NCBI GenBank assembly: GCA_040755995.1
Contig: JBFMAF010000048.1
Span: 1-10,725 of the forward strand
Direction: 5' to 3'
Source: Acidobacteriota bacterium
GTDB taxonomy: Bacteria > Acidobacteriota > CAIWXX01
DNA: 10,725 bases
A program made the position numbers and the translations under genes. The number at the start of each line of letters is the position of its first letter. Within the stretch, counting starts at the first letter, position 1. This document shows, one piece after another, positions 1 through 8,203 of the stretch. The notes below the pieces were generated by a model that ran no database searches, was not told the DNA's origin, and saw only the letters and a list, made by a program, of their open reading frames with translations.

Positions 1-75
1 TGCCTTCGTCGCTGCGGTGCTCACGTACCAGGGTGTACGCTGCGCTCCTCGCTCCTCGGCGCCTTGCACCTGCGG
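1..75. repeat. Partial palindromic REP/MITE-like extragenic element (cut by window edge)
   Basis: Hairpin CGTAC(24-28)-CAGGGT-GTACG(35-39) inside GCTCACGTAC..GTACGCTGCGCTCC..GCGCCTTGCA. From recall it resembles dispersed intergenic palindromic repeats of high-GC bacteria. Only one copy is in the window. Confidence 0.35.
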
Positions 76-102
76 CCTTATCGCGGGCCAGGGCCCTCAG
101 TG

Positions 103-131
103 TTGACAGCCACCACAGCGGACATTAGGAT
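103..131 (+). promoter_or_regulatory. Sigma70-type promoter TTGACA-N17-TAGGAT
   Basis: Perfect -35 TTGACA at 103-108, 17-nt spacer, -10 TAGGAT at 126-131 (TAnnnT). Predicted TSS about 137-138, just upstream of ATG 142. Confidence 0.65.
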
Positions 132-141
132 GAGCGAACTG

Positions 142-1524
142 ATGCAGATCTGGGTGTTTTTCGCGATTCTGCTGGCCCCGTCGATTGTGGCCGCGGAGTC
201 GACGTTTCAGCAGGTGGCTGAGTGCGTCGCCGCTGAGGTAGCCGAAGGAATGCCGGCCTCGGAGTCGCGCGCCAGAATGTGCGTGCTGCCGTGCCGCAAT
301 CTCGGCGGTCTGGACGTGCCTGCACTGCAACAGCTGGGTCAAGTGCTGCAGAGCGAGCTGGCGAAGAGGGCAGGCGAGAAGGTTTCGCTTACCGCTGTTC
401 TGTCGACTCTGGACGTCGAGAACCCCGCACCCGACCTCACTCCGCCCGTCCCCGTCGACTACTGGCTCGAGCCCGCCGTTGCTTACGACGGCGCCAATCT
501 GGTGGTATCGGCGAAGCTGTTCTCATCGGACTCGACTCTCGAACGCTTCGCGGTCTGTTCGCGGCCCATCGGAACGGCCGAGATCCTGCTGTTTTCCCAA
601 CCGCCCCCGTCTGTGCCCGGAGTGGGAGTGGAACAGGTATTCGAGAGCCACCCGTTGCCCTTCCATGCCGTGGACATTGCCGTGAGGCGCGGGAGCGGCG
701 AAGGGGTCACGGAGCTCGCTTTCCTGGGGACATCGGAGATCCTGCTTTTCGAGCTTCGCCATGGCACACTGGTCATGAAGGATCGCCTGTCGCTGCCACG
801 GCCTGAGCTCGAATCAAGGGATGCCCGTGGGAGTATCTGGTGGGGAGTGCTGGGAGGCAAGACGATGCTGCTCGCCCAGCGCTCCAGCGAGCCAATCGTG
901 CACGCGTTCGAGGCGAGCGGTGAGACGTGGGCTCCAACGCAAGCCCCCCTCCAGTTCGTGCCGTTCGACGGGAGCAGTGAAGGGACCATCGCAGGAGCCT
1001 CCTGGAAGCCGGGACGGAACTACTTCGCCGAGCTGCAGAGCTCGTCGGCGAAGGCCGGAAGCCAGACTCAGCCACTCCCGCCGCATGACAACGAGCCCTG
1101 GTATGCCGGTGCGATCGTGAGCCCGGACGCCGCCCACCGCGGCAAGATAGTCGTCGTTGGACGCGACTCCATGCTGTGCATCATGACGATGGATGGAAAG
1201 AAGCTGTTGGCGCTGTCCCACCAGGTCGGCGACGCCTTCGTCGCGACGACTGTCGGCGGCCAGCCCGCGGTAGTCGCGAGCCTCCCCGGCGTCGGCAACG
1301 ACGGCCTCCGCGCGATCCGCCTGGACGACGGCGTCGTGCTGTTCGAGACTGAGATGCCGGCCAAGCGGGTCGAGTCCGTTCGGATATTGGACGGCCGTCT
1401 GTTCGTGCTCACGGAGAGCGCGAGCGGCGTACAGACGATTCAGATCCTCGAATTGACGGGCGTCGGGCAGGCCGGTGAAGCGACATCCGTCGAGGCCGTC
1501 CAGCCGGAAGGAGGCCACCGATGA
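142..1524 (+). CDS. Secreted hypothetical protein; N-terminal TolB-N/FlgO/CsgG-like domain and probable C-terminal beta-propeller
   Basis: Signal peptide MQIWVFFAILLAPSIVAA-ES. The segment MCVLPCRN..LGQVLQSEL..VDYWLEPAVAYDGANLVVSAKLFS fits a TolB-N/FlgO-like pattern. A Pro linker (SQPPPSVP) precedes a beta-strand-rich region. Start 142 is preferred over 130 or 64 because of the promoter position. The stop overlaps the next ATG (ATGA). Confidence 0.7.
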   Translation: MQIWVFFAILLAPSIVAAESTFQQVAECVAAEVAEGMPASESRARMCVLPCRNLGGLDVPALQQLGQVLQSELAKRAGEKVSLTAVLSTLDVENPAPDLTPPVPVDYWLEPAVAYDGANLVVSAKLFSSDSTLERFAVCSRPIGTAEILLFSQPPPSVPGVGVEQVFESHPLPFHAVDIAVRRGSGEGVTELAFLGTSEILLFELRHGTLVMKDRLSLPRPELESRDARGSIWWGVLGGKTMLLAQRSSEPIVHAFEASGETWAPTQAPLQFVPFDGSSEGTIAGASWKPGRNYFAELQSSSAKAGSQTQPLPPHDNEPWYAGAIVSPDAAHRGKIVVVGRDSMLCIMTMDGKKLLALSHQVGDAFVATTVGGQPAVVASLPGVGNDGLRAIRLDDGVVLFETEMPAKRVESVRILDGRLFVLTESASGVQTIQILELTGVGQAGEATSVEAVQPEGGHR

Positions 1525-2972
1525 GCCGGTGCGCTCTTTCAGCGCGGCTGCTCCGCTGGGGAGCCATCGCCGCAGGAACTCTCGCGTTGTGCCGGACTGC
1601 GCCCGTGGTCGACGGCTACTCGCACGCGCGCTATGGCGGTGTCGTGCGGGTCTCGGTGCCGGAGGCCGTCACGAGCCTGGATCCTTCAAGCTGCCGCGAT
1701 GCTGCGGATACGGTGGTGTTCGATCTGCTCTTCCATCGTTTCTTCGAAAAAGGGCCGGACGGTCAACCTTTGTCGAGCCTCTTCGAGGCTCGACGTGAGG
1801 CAGACCGATGGGTCTTTGTACCGCGCAAGATGAACGCGACCAATGGATCGCGCCTGGGGGCGGACGAATTCCGCATGTGTCTCCAACGCGGGCTCGCTCG
1901 GGAGAGCTTCGTGACCACGCTGGCGCGAGAGATGATTCGTGGCGGAAGCACCTTTGCACCGGGGACGCCGCTCGACGCATTCGTCTCCGAACCTGACGGT
2001 TCGTTCGCGCTGCTGACGAACGGCAGCCAGCCGCTTCTGCCGTACGTCCTATCGCGGCCTCCGTTCTATCTGTACGTCACGGCAGATGGGCAGTTTTACG
2101 GCAACGGGCCTTTCGGGGTGGCGAGCGGTCAGGCGGCCGAGAGCGAGCTGAGGCTCGTTGCGAACGACGGTGACCCGGCCGGCGCTCCGTATGTTCAGCA
2201 GGTGATCGTCGACTGGGCGGGGGCTTCGGGCGAGGTCGCGGCCGAGGTGGAGGAACCCAGAGGCGAGGCAGGCATACAGCGTCTGACTCGCGGTGGTTTC
2301 CCGCTGACGCTGCTACTGTGCCTGAACCGATCCACGCGGTTGTTCTCGCAGGTCGAGGCGCGCCGCAACTTCATAGCTTCCGTCAAGCCGGACCGGATAA
2401 GGCTGCCGCGTGGACGCGGTATGGCGACTCCGGGGTGCGCGTACTTGCCTGTGGAGCTCGGTGGGGCCTCGATGGTGACGGCGCTTCCGCCGACCTCTCA
2501 GGCGCCGCTGCCCGCGGTGCGCGTGATGCTGCGCGACGGTCCGTTCAGCGCGGCCGTGCTGGCGGCGGCATTTCCGCCCGGAACGGAGTTCGACGCCGTG
2601 GCCCCCGGCGAGTTCGAAACGCGTCGCTCCAGCGGCGACTATCAGGCGCTGCTGGAGCTGTACCAGCACAAGTTCACGCATGCTGCCCTGGACCTGCGCG
2701 AGATGCTCAGCCGGCTCCACCTGTTCGACCCGGCGATTCTGGACGCCTCGAACAGGGCTAGCGAGGCGATGCTGATGGAAGAACGCGCTCTCGTGGTTCG
2801 GACCATACAGGCCGCCCAGAAGAGTCTCGCCGAGTCGGGACTCGTATTTCCGCTGTGCGAGTTCACGCCGGCCGTCAAGGTTGACAGCCGCCTGCATGAC
2901 CTGACCGTGGACCGTCGATGGAACCTGGACCTGGCCGACTGCTGGATCGAGGCAGGGAATGCAGTGCACTAG
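1521..2972 (+). CDS. ABC-type extracellular solute-binding protein, family 5 (OppA/DppA/NikA-like)
   Basis: Signal-like N-terminus; family-5 N-terminal pattern YGGVVRVSVPEAVTSLDP...VFDLLFHRFFEKGPDGQP; GNGPF motif (cf. GTGPF); C-terminal VFPL and LDLADCWI. RBS GGAAGGAGG at about 1505-1514 and ATGA coupling. Confidence 0.8.
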   Translation: MSRCALSARLLRWGAIAAGTLALCRTAPVVDGYSHARYGGVVRVSVPEAVTSLDPSSCRDAADTVVFDLLFHRFFEKGPDGQPLSSLFEARREADRWVFVPRKMNATNGSRLGADEFRMCLQRGLARESFVTTLAREMIRGGSTFAPGTPLDAFVSEPDGSFALLTNGSQPLLPYVLSRPPFYLYVTADGQFYGNGPFGVASGQAAESELRLVANDGDPAGAPYVQQVIVDWAGASGEVAAEVEEPRGEAGIQRLTRGGFPLTLLLCLNRSTRLFSQVEARRNFIASVKPDRIRLPRGRGMATPGCAYLPVELGGASMVTALPPTSQAPLPAVRVMLRDGPFSAAVLAAAFPPGTEFDAVAPGEFETRRSSGDYQALLELYQHKFTHAALDLREMLSRLHLFDPAILDASNRASEAMLMEERALVVRTIQAAQKSLAESGLVFPLCEFTPAVKVDSRLHDLTVDRRWNLDLADCWIEAGNAVH

Positions 2973-3040
2973 TGGGCTGGAGGCGAGCAATATGTTGCGA
3001 TTGAGTCAAGTCCCTGGAGCGGTGCGTCATCGGCTCGGGT

Positions 3041-3108
3041 CCGTACCCGTACCCGATCCAAACCGGGCACGCGTACGGGTAGCGGCCTTCGGCCTGGGTA
3101 CGGCCAGG
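3041..3108. repeat. Intergenic nested inverted repeats (CCGTAC/GTACGG-rich stem-loops)
   Basis: TACCCGTAC(3044-3052) pairs with GTACGGGTA(3073-3081). CCGTACCC(3041-3048) pairs with GGGTACGG(3096-3103). Also GGCC-TTC-GGCC(3084-3094) and CCTGG(3093-3097)/CCAGG(3104-3108). Confidence 0.55.
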
Positions 3109-3146
3109 ATGGGGATGCTTCATCGGTCTGAGGCGCAGCGTCGCCC

Positions 3147-6100
3147 GTGAGCACCGCGGCCGGCCCGCCCGTGAGCTCGTCGCCGCGCCTCGCCGACCGC
3201 CTGATGCACGCTCTGGTCTGGCTTCTGCTCGGAGCAGCATCCGCTGTGGCATACGCCGGCGAGGAAGGCTCCTGGGTTCACGTGACGGTCGCTGTGGTGG
3301 CGCTTATCCAGACGGCGGCGGCCATACGACTGCGATCGCACAGACTCTTTTCGGCGCTTGTCTGTGTGGCGATCGTGGTCCCCCTGTTCGTGTCCGAGGG
3401 CGTCTCGCTGTCCGGTGCCGCACTTGGGCGGGTCGCCGCGGACTGGCGTGTTGCGGGAATCAGACGAGCATTCGAGGCGATGCGGAGGGACGTGAGGGGC
3501 GCTGCATCTCGAGCAATAACCGAGGTGGCGAAGCTCGACAGGAGGGATTCCGAAGGGCGCTTCACCCTGTTGAACGCTCTTCTCATCGATAGATACTCGG
3601 GGTACGTGCTCTACCAGCGAGGGCAGCCGATCTCCTGGGCTGGAGACATACCCGGATTCTTCGTCGACATTCCGCAGCGGGCGGAATTCATCTCGCAGGC
3701 CCAATCCCGGACGTACTATACCTTCGTAGCCGACGTGCCCACATGGAACGACTGCAAGCTGGCCGTCTACCGTCTCATGTCGAGCCAGGCCGGGGTCTGG
3801 AATCGTTGGATGCTCGACTACGACATCTTCGGGCTGGCTCCCGGGATGGGGGAGCGCAGCGTGGCCATAGAGTATCTTGATATTCGGATACGCGCCGGGC
3901 CGGGAGGAGAGAAGGATCGGGAGGTCATCTACCTGCCCGATGATGGATCGCCGCATCTGCTGCGCATCATCGTGAATCCCCAGCCGGCAGCGGCGGGGGC
4001 CGGCGGCGGCGTGCTGCTGGCCTGTTTGCTCCTTGTGCCAATCCTCCGGCGCTCGTGGCACCATTACAGATCGAGATCGGCCTGGGCGATCGCCCACGCG
4101 GTGATGCTGGCAGCCGTCATCCACAGTATCTTCGGCGAATGGACGGGCTCGGCCGTGGCCGGACCAGTCGACTTTGCGCTTCCCGTCAGCGGGCACCTGT
4201 TCAGTTCTCCGCTGGATCTCCTTCTTGCGGTGCTGGTTCTCCTTGTCGCCTGCGCAGTGGCCACGCGCACACCGCTTTCATTCGGAAGCACGCTGCCCAG
4301 GCCGCTGCGCTACGCTGCGTCGTTCGTGCTCACACTTCTGGTGGCGGGGCTTATTGTCGGATACCAGCGGTTTCTGCAGGCGGTGGTCGAGAACTCGTCC
4401 GGCAACGTCTTGATGAATCCGCTGGCCGGTAGCGGCCCGGGCGGTGGAATCTGGAGCTCTGCATTCCTTGTTCTTCAGTCCGCGTTGCTGATCTCGCTCG
4501 GTCTCGCGACCTACATCGCAGCCGGAGTTTTCGCGCGAGAATGGCGGATGATCCAGGGAGGTGCGGCCGGCTATGCAATACATGGCGTCCTGTGCGTCCT
4601 GGCTGTTCTTGTGAGCGTGGCCGCCTTCAGGCACACGTCGCTTCCGTTCTATCCGACTCTGCTGGGCTTTCTTGTCCTGGGCGTTGGCGCCGTGCTGGGG
4701 GAAGGGGGGTGGCGGTGGCGGCGGATCGTAGCCTACACGTTGCCGGCCGTGGCGTTTCTCCAATTCTCGGTCGACCATTTCTCAGAGAGAAACCGGCGCG
4801 CCCTTACCGAACGGTACACCGTGCCGCGAATCACCGGCGAACGTGCCTGGGCCCGATACCTGCTCGGCAGGGCGCAACACCAGACCGACGCGTTCCTGAG
4901 CTCGCGGCAGACGTTGGACTCGCGGTTCGCCTTCCGGATGTGGTCGCAGACGGACCTGGCCCAGTTCGGTTTCAGTTCCGGCATCGAGATCCTGGACTCT
5001 GCGGGCCAGGCCATCTCAAGATTCGAGCTGAACGTGGAACGATGGCCGGCAGCGGACCTCCCGGCCGTCGATCTGAACTGGAGCGTCAGGGAGCTCGAGG
5101 GCGAGCGGCCGGCCGCCGGGGAGGAGAACGCGAGGAACGCATTGCTTGCCGAGCGAGCCTTCGGACCTCCCGATTCACGAATGTTCGTGCGTATGCTGGT
5201 ACGGCTCACTTACGAAAATCTCTCGTTCCTCTCGACGACCAATCCCTATACTGCTCTGTTTCGTTCGCCCAGATTGGAGATCCTGGAGGAACGACTCTTC
5301 GGCGGGGTGCTCTCTCTGCTGGTGGTGGGTGCAGATGGCGCGGTTGTGTTCAACCCGAGTGCCATAGATTTCACTCTGACGCCGGCGAACATCGAACGAC
5401 TTGATCGAGAGAGACTGGGCAGGTTCTGGATCAGCTTCGAGTCGGGCGGGAAGAGCTACTTCGCGCTTCTGTTCCGCAATCGAAGCGAGACGTGCATGCT
5501 CTTCTACCCGCGCACCAGCGCGGCGGGTTACGTGGCCGTGTACGTCAGGCTCCTGCTGCACGGGGCCGTCCTCATACTTCTGCCGCTGGGGTTGGGATCA
5601 GGCCTGTTGCGGCGCCCGCTGGGCTACGCCGGCAAGGTCTACGTGGGGATGCTGCTCGCGTCCTTGATTCCGCTGCTGGCCAACGGGTTCCTTCTCCGCA
5701 CGTACTTCGACCGCCGGCTTCGAAACGAGACCGAGCGCCGGGGCATCTCGGTGGCACAGGTCACGCGCAAGTTCATCGAGGATTTCGTGGCATACCGGAT
5801 CGAGCATGGGGAAAGCCCGGAGGAGATCTTCCGCGACGACATCGCCAACTGGATCCAGCGCATCATGCGCCAGGACATCCAGATCTACGCGGGTACCGAG
5901 CTGGTCGCAACCAGCCAACGAGAGCTCTTCGACTCGGGCATCCTGCCGCTTCTGGTGGACGGGGAGATCTTCGAACGCATCGTCAGGGAGCGCGCACCCT
6001 TCTGCACTACGTACGGACACGTCGGCAACTTCCGCCTGATGAACACGAGCACTCCGCTCGGGATCCGGGGTCTGGCAGAACCAATGATCCTGACAGTGCC

Positions 6101-7082
6101 GATGGCGATTCAGGAGACGGAAAGCGCACTGGAGCGCGAGGAGCTGGGGCAGAGCATACTCCTCATCTCGACCATCATCGTGCTCCTGGCCCTGGCCATC
6201 GCGCACCGCCTGGCCCGCCGGATCTCCAAGCCGATCGAAACCCTCGTTGAAGGCACATCCGAGATCGCACGCGGACACTTCGACTTCAGCATCCGGGCCG
6301 AAGGACATGACGAGGTCAGGACGCTGGTCGATTCGTTCAACAAAATGGCGCAGGATCTCAAGACGTATCAGGAAGAGACGATCAAGGCGAGCCGCCTGAG
6401 AGTGTTGGCGGAAATAGCGCGGCGGGTCGCGCACGAGATCAAGAACCCACTTACCCCGATCCAGCTCAGCGTAGAGCACCTCCGGCAGGTCTATAACGAC
6501 AAGAGCCCGGACTTCCCGGCCGTGCTGAACCAATGCCTCGACAATGTCCTGCGCGAGGTCGAGGTGTTGCGAAAGATGTCGCGGGATTTCGGCCTGTTCA
6601 GCCGCACGCAGGAGCCTCGATGGGAGCGCGTCGACTTGAGGGCGATGATCGACGAGATGACTGCCCCTTACCTGCTAGGCCTGGCCGGCGCCGTGCAGGT
6701 GGTCACGCGCTGGAACACGGAGCGCACCGAGTACGAGCTTGACCGCGAGAAGACTCAACGGGCACTGTCGAATGTGTTCATCAACGCTGTGCAGGCCACC
6801 GAAACTGGCCGGATCGAATGGGACGTGGACCAGATTGACAGTACCCTCCAGGTGCGCCTCACTGACACGGGAAGCGGCATACCGCCGGAGGTCATCCAGA
6901 AGCTCTTCCAGCCATACTTTTCCACCAAGGACCGCGGGACGGGATTGGGGCTCGCGATCGCGCGTAAGGACATCGAAGACCAGGGAGGCTCGATCGGCAT
7001 CGAAAGCTCCCTTGATGTGGGCACCACCGTTACCGTACGATTGCCTGTCAGGGATCCGGGGGAGGTAAAAAGTGACCGCTGA
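3147..7082 (+). CDS. Large multi-pass membrane sensor histidine kinase (HAMP-HisKA-HATPase_c, NtrY-like core)
   Basis: HAMP (RISKPIETLVEGTSEIARGHF..DEVRTLVDSFNKM), H-box ARRVAHEIKNPLTPIQL, N-box NVFINAVQA, G1 DTGSGI, F-box FQPYFSTK, G2 GTGLGL. About 1000 N-terminal aa alternate TM clusters with extracytoplasmic domains. Start uncertain (GTG 3147 or ATG 3204). Confidence 0.92.
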   Translation: MSTAAGPPVSSSPRLADRLMHALVWLLLGAASAVAYAGEEGSWVHVTVAVVALIQTAAAIRLRSHRLFSALVCVAIVVPLFVSEGVSLSGAALGRVAADWRVAGIRRAFEAMRRDVRGAASRAITEVAKLDRRDSEGRFTLLNALLIDRYSGYVLYQRGQPISWAGDIPGFFVDIPQRAEFISQAQSRTYYTFVADVPTWNDCKLAVYRLMSSQAGVWNRWMLDYDIFGLAPGMGERSVAIEYLDIRIRAGPGGEKDREVIYLPDDGSPHLLRIIVNPQPAAAGAGGGVLLACLLLVPILRRSWHHYRSRSAWAIAHAVMLAAVIHSIFGEWTGSAVAGPVDFALPVSGHLFSSPLDLLLAVLVLLVACAVATRTPLSFGSTLPRPLRYAASFVLTLLVAGLIVGYQRFLQAVVENSSGNVLMNPLAGSGPGGGIWSSAFLVLQSALLISLGLATYIAAGVFAREWRMIQGGAAGYAIHGVLCVLAVLVSVAAFRHTSLPFYPTLLGFLVLGVGAVLGEGGWRWRRIVAYTLPAVAFLQFSVDHFSERNRRALTERYTVPRITGERAWARYLLGRAQHQTDAFLSSRQTLDSRFAFRMWSQTDLAQFGFSSGIEILDSAGQAISRFELNVERWPAADLPAVDLNWSVRELEGERPAAGEENARNALLAERAFGPPDSRMFVRMLVRLTYENLSFLSTTNPYTALFRSPRLEILEERLFGGVLSLLVVGADGAVVFNPSAIDFTLTPANIERLDRERLGRFWISFESGGKSYFALLFRNRSETCMLFYPRTSAAGYVAVYVRLLLHGAVLILLPLGLGSGLLRRPLGYAGKVYVGMLLASLIPLLANGFLLRTYFDRRLRNETERRGISVAQVTRKFIEDFVAYRIEHGESPEEIFRDDIANWIQRIMRQDIQIYAGTELVATSQRELFDSGILPLLVDGEIFERIVRERAPFCTTYGHVGNFRLMNTSTPLGIRGLAEPMILTVPMAIQETESALEREELGQSILLISTIIVLLALAIAHRLARRISKPIETLVEGTSEIARGHFDFSIRAEGHDEVRTLVDSFNKMAQDLKTYQEETIKASRLRVLAEIARRVAHEIKNPLTPIQLSVEHLRQVYNDKSPDFPAVLNQCLDNVLREVEVLRKMSRDFGLFSRTQEPRWERVDLRAMIDEMTAPYLLGLAGAVQVVTRWNTERTEYELDREKTQRALSNVFINAVQATETGRIEWDVDQIDSTLQVRLTDTGSGIPPEVIQKLFQPYFSTKDRGTGLGLAIARKDIEDQGGSIGIESSLDVGTTVTVRLPVRDPGEVKSDR

Positions 7083-8103
7083 GAGAACAACCTTGATACG
7101 TGCGTCGGCGCCCACGCGCATAGACCTCGCAGGCGGCACGCTCGACATCTGGCCGCTGTACGCGTTCCACACGGGCTGCACCGTGAATCTTGCGGTGGAC
7201 CTGCGGGCCAACGTGACGCTGGCGATCCGCCGCGACTACCGCGCGAAGATCACGTCGCTCGATCAACAGGTCGAAATGGCAATCGATGCGCGGCGGCTAC
7301 GGGCCATGCACATGCTGCCGCTGATCCGCGAGGTGATTCTGCATTTCTGGCAGGGGAGGAGTGGGGGGTTCGAGCTGGAGACCTCGTGCGAAGCCCCGTC
7401 CGGCGCCGGTCTCGGAGGCAGCTCGGCACTCGCCATCGCCCTGTGCGCCGCCTTCGCCCGCGCCGCCGGACGGCGGCTGTCACCAGCCCAACGCGTCGGA
7501 CTCGCGAGGGACGTCGAGGCCCGGGTGCTTGGCATACCCACGGGCACCCAGGACTACTACTCGGCTATCTATGGCGGGCTGAACATCATCCAGCTGGGGC
7601 CCGGCGTCGAGCGGTGCATACGCGCACGAATCGACCTCCACGCAGTGGCGGCACGCCTCGTCCTCGTCTACAGCGGCACCAGCCGCAGCTCGGGGATCAA
7701 CAACTGGGAAGTTGTGAAGGAGAGGATCGACGGCAACCGTAGAGTGACGCAGGCGCTGTCGAGGATCGCCGTGGCGTCGGTCGCCATGGCCGAGGCGCTG
7801 GCGAACAGATCCTGGGATCGGTTCGTCGATGCCATGAGAGGCGACTGGCGGGCCAGGATGCGACTGGCACGCGGCATCCTGACTCCGCAGATGGCGGCGG
7901 CGATCGACGTTGCCAAGCCGAAAGCTCAGGCGTGGAAGGCGTGCGGCGCAGGTGGAGGCGGCTGTCTGGTATTCGCATGTGCGCCGGAGCGCAAACGAAG
8001 CCTCATCGCCTCGCTGACCGAAGCCGGATTCCGAGTGTTGGACTTCGCCCCGGCTGCACGCGGCCTTGCGGTGTCCTCGCGGCGAATGGCGCGCAACTCC
8101 TAG
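7072..8103 (+). CDS. GHMP-family sugar kinase, HddA-like (D-glycero-alpha-D-manno-heptose-7-phosphate kinase subgroup)
   Basis: Motif I SAPTRIDLAGGTLD, ATP-binding motif II PSGAGLGGSS, GTQDYY, motif III KACGAGGGG. RBS GGAGG at 7061-7065 before GTG; overlaps the kinase stop by 11 nt. Confidence 0.9.
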   Translation: MTAERTTLIRASAPTRIDLAGGTLDIWPLYAFHTGCTVNLAVDLRANVTLAIRRDYRAKITSLDQQVEMAIDARRLRAMHMLPLIREVILHFWQGRSGGFELETSCEAPSGAGLGGSSALAIALCAAFARAAGRRLSPAQRVGLARDVEARVLGIPTGTQDYYSAIYGGLNIIQLGPGVERCIRARIDLHAVAARLVLVYSGTSRSSGINNWEVVKERIDGNRRVTQALSRIAVASVAMAEALANRSWDRFVDAMRGDWRARMRLARGILTPQMAAAIDVAKPKAQAWKACGAGGGGCLVFACAPERKRSLIASLTEAGFRVLDFAPAARGLAVSSRRMARNS

Positions 8104-8203
8104 TTTCCTGACTTCGCGAGAGGTTCGGCTGGAAGGACGGGGTGAAGGCTGCATGTGAGCGATCGTACGCACGGAAACGTGTGCCGTGAATCCCGGGTCC
8201 CGG

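Noticed and set aside
2987..2998. Imperfect palindrome GCAA-TATG-TTGC as an operator or dif-like site
   Set aside because: Too short; it does not match the dif, NtrC or sigma54 consensus convincingly.
2959..3150. 63-aa ORF bridging the binding protein and kinase, with GTGA overlap
   Set aside because: Its VPVPDP/VRV content derives from the palindromic repeat, and it has no clear RBS or recognisable domain. A leader-peptide role cannot be excluded but is unsupported.
3120..6533. Long antisense or alternate-frame ORFs within the kinase (3120..4196, 4541..5404, 5492..6250, 5598..6533)
   Set aside because: Shadow ORFs of a GC-rich gene with no independent motifs.
8104..8203. Terminator or att site between the converging genes (CACG-GAAA-CGTG hairpin; CCGGG-T-CCCGG)
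   Set aside because: The stems are short with no U-tract on either strand, and no tRNA fragment or direct repeat marking an island boundary was seen.
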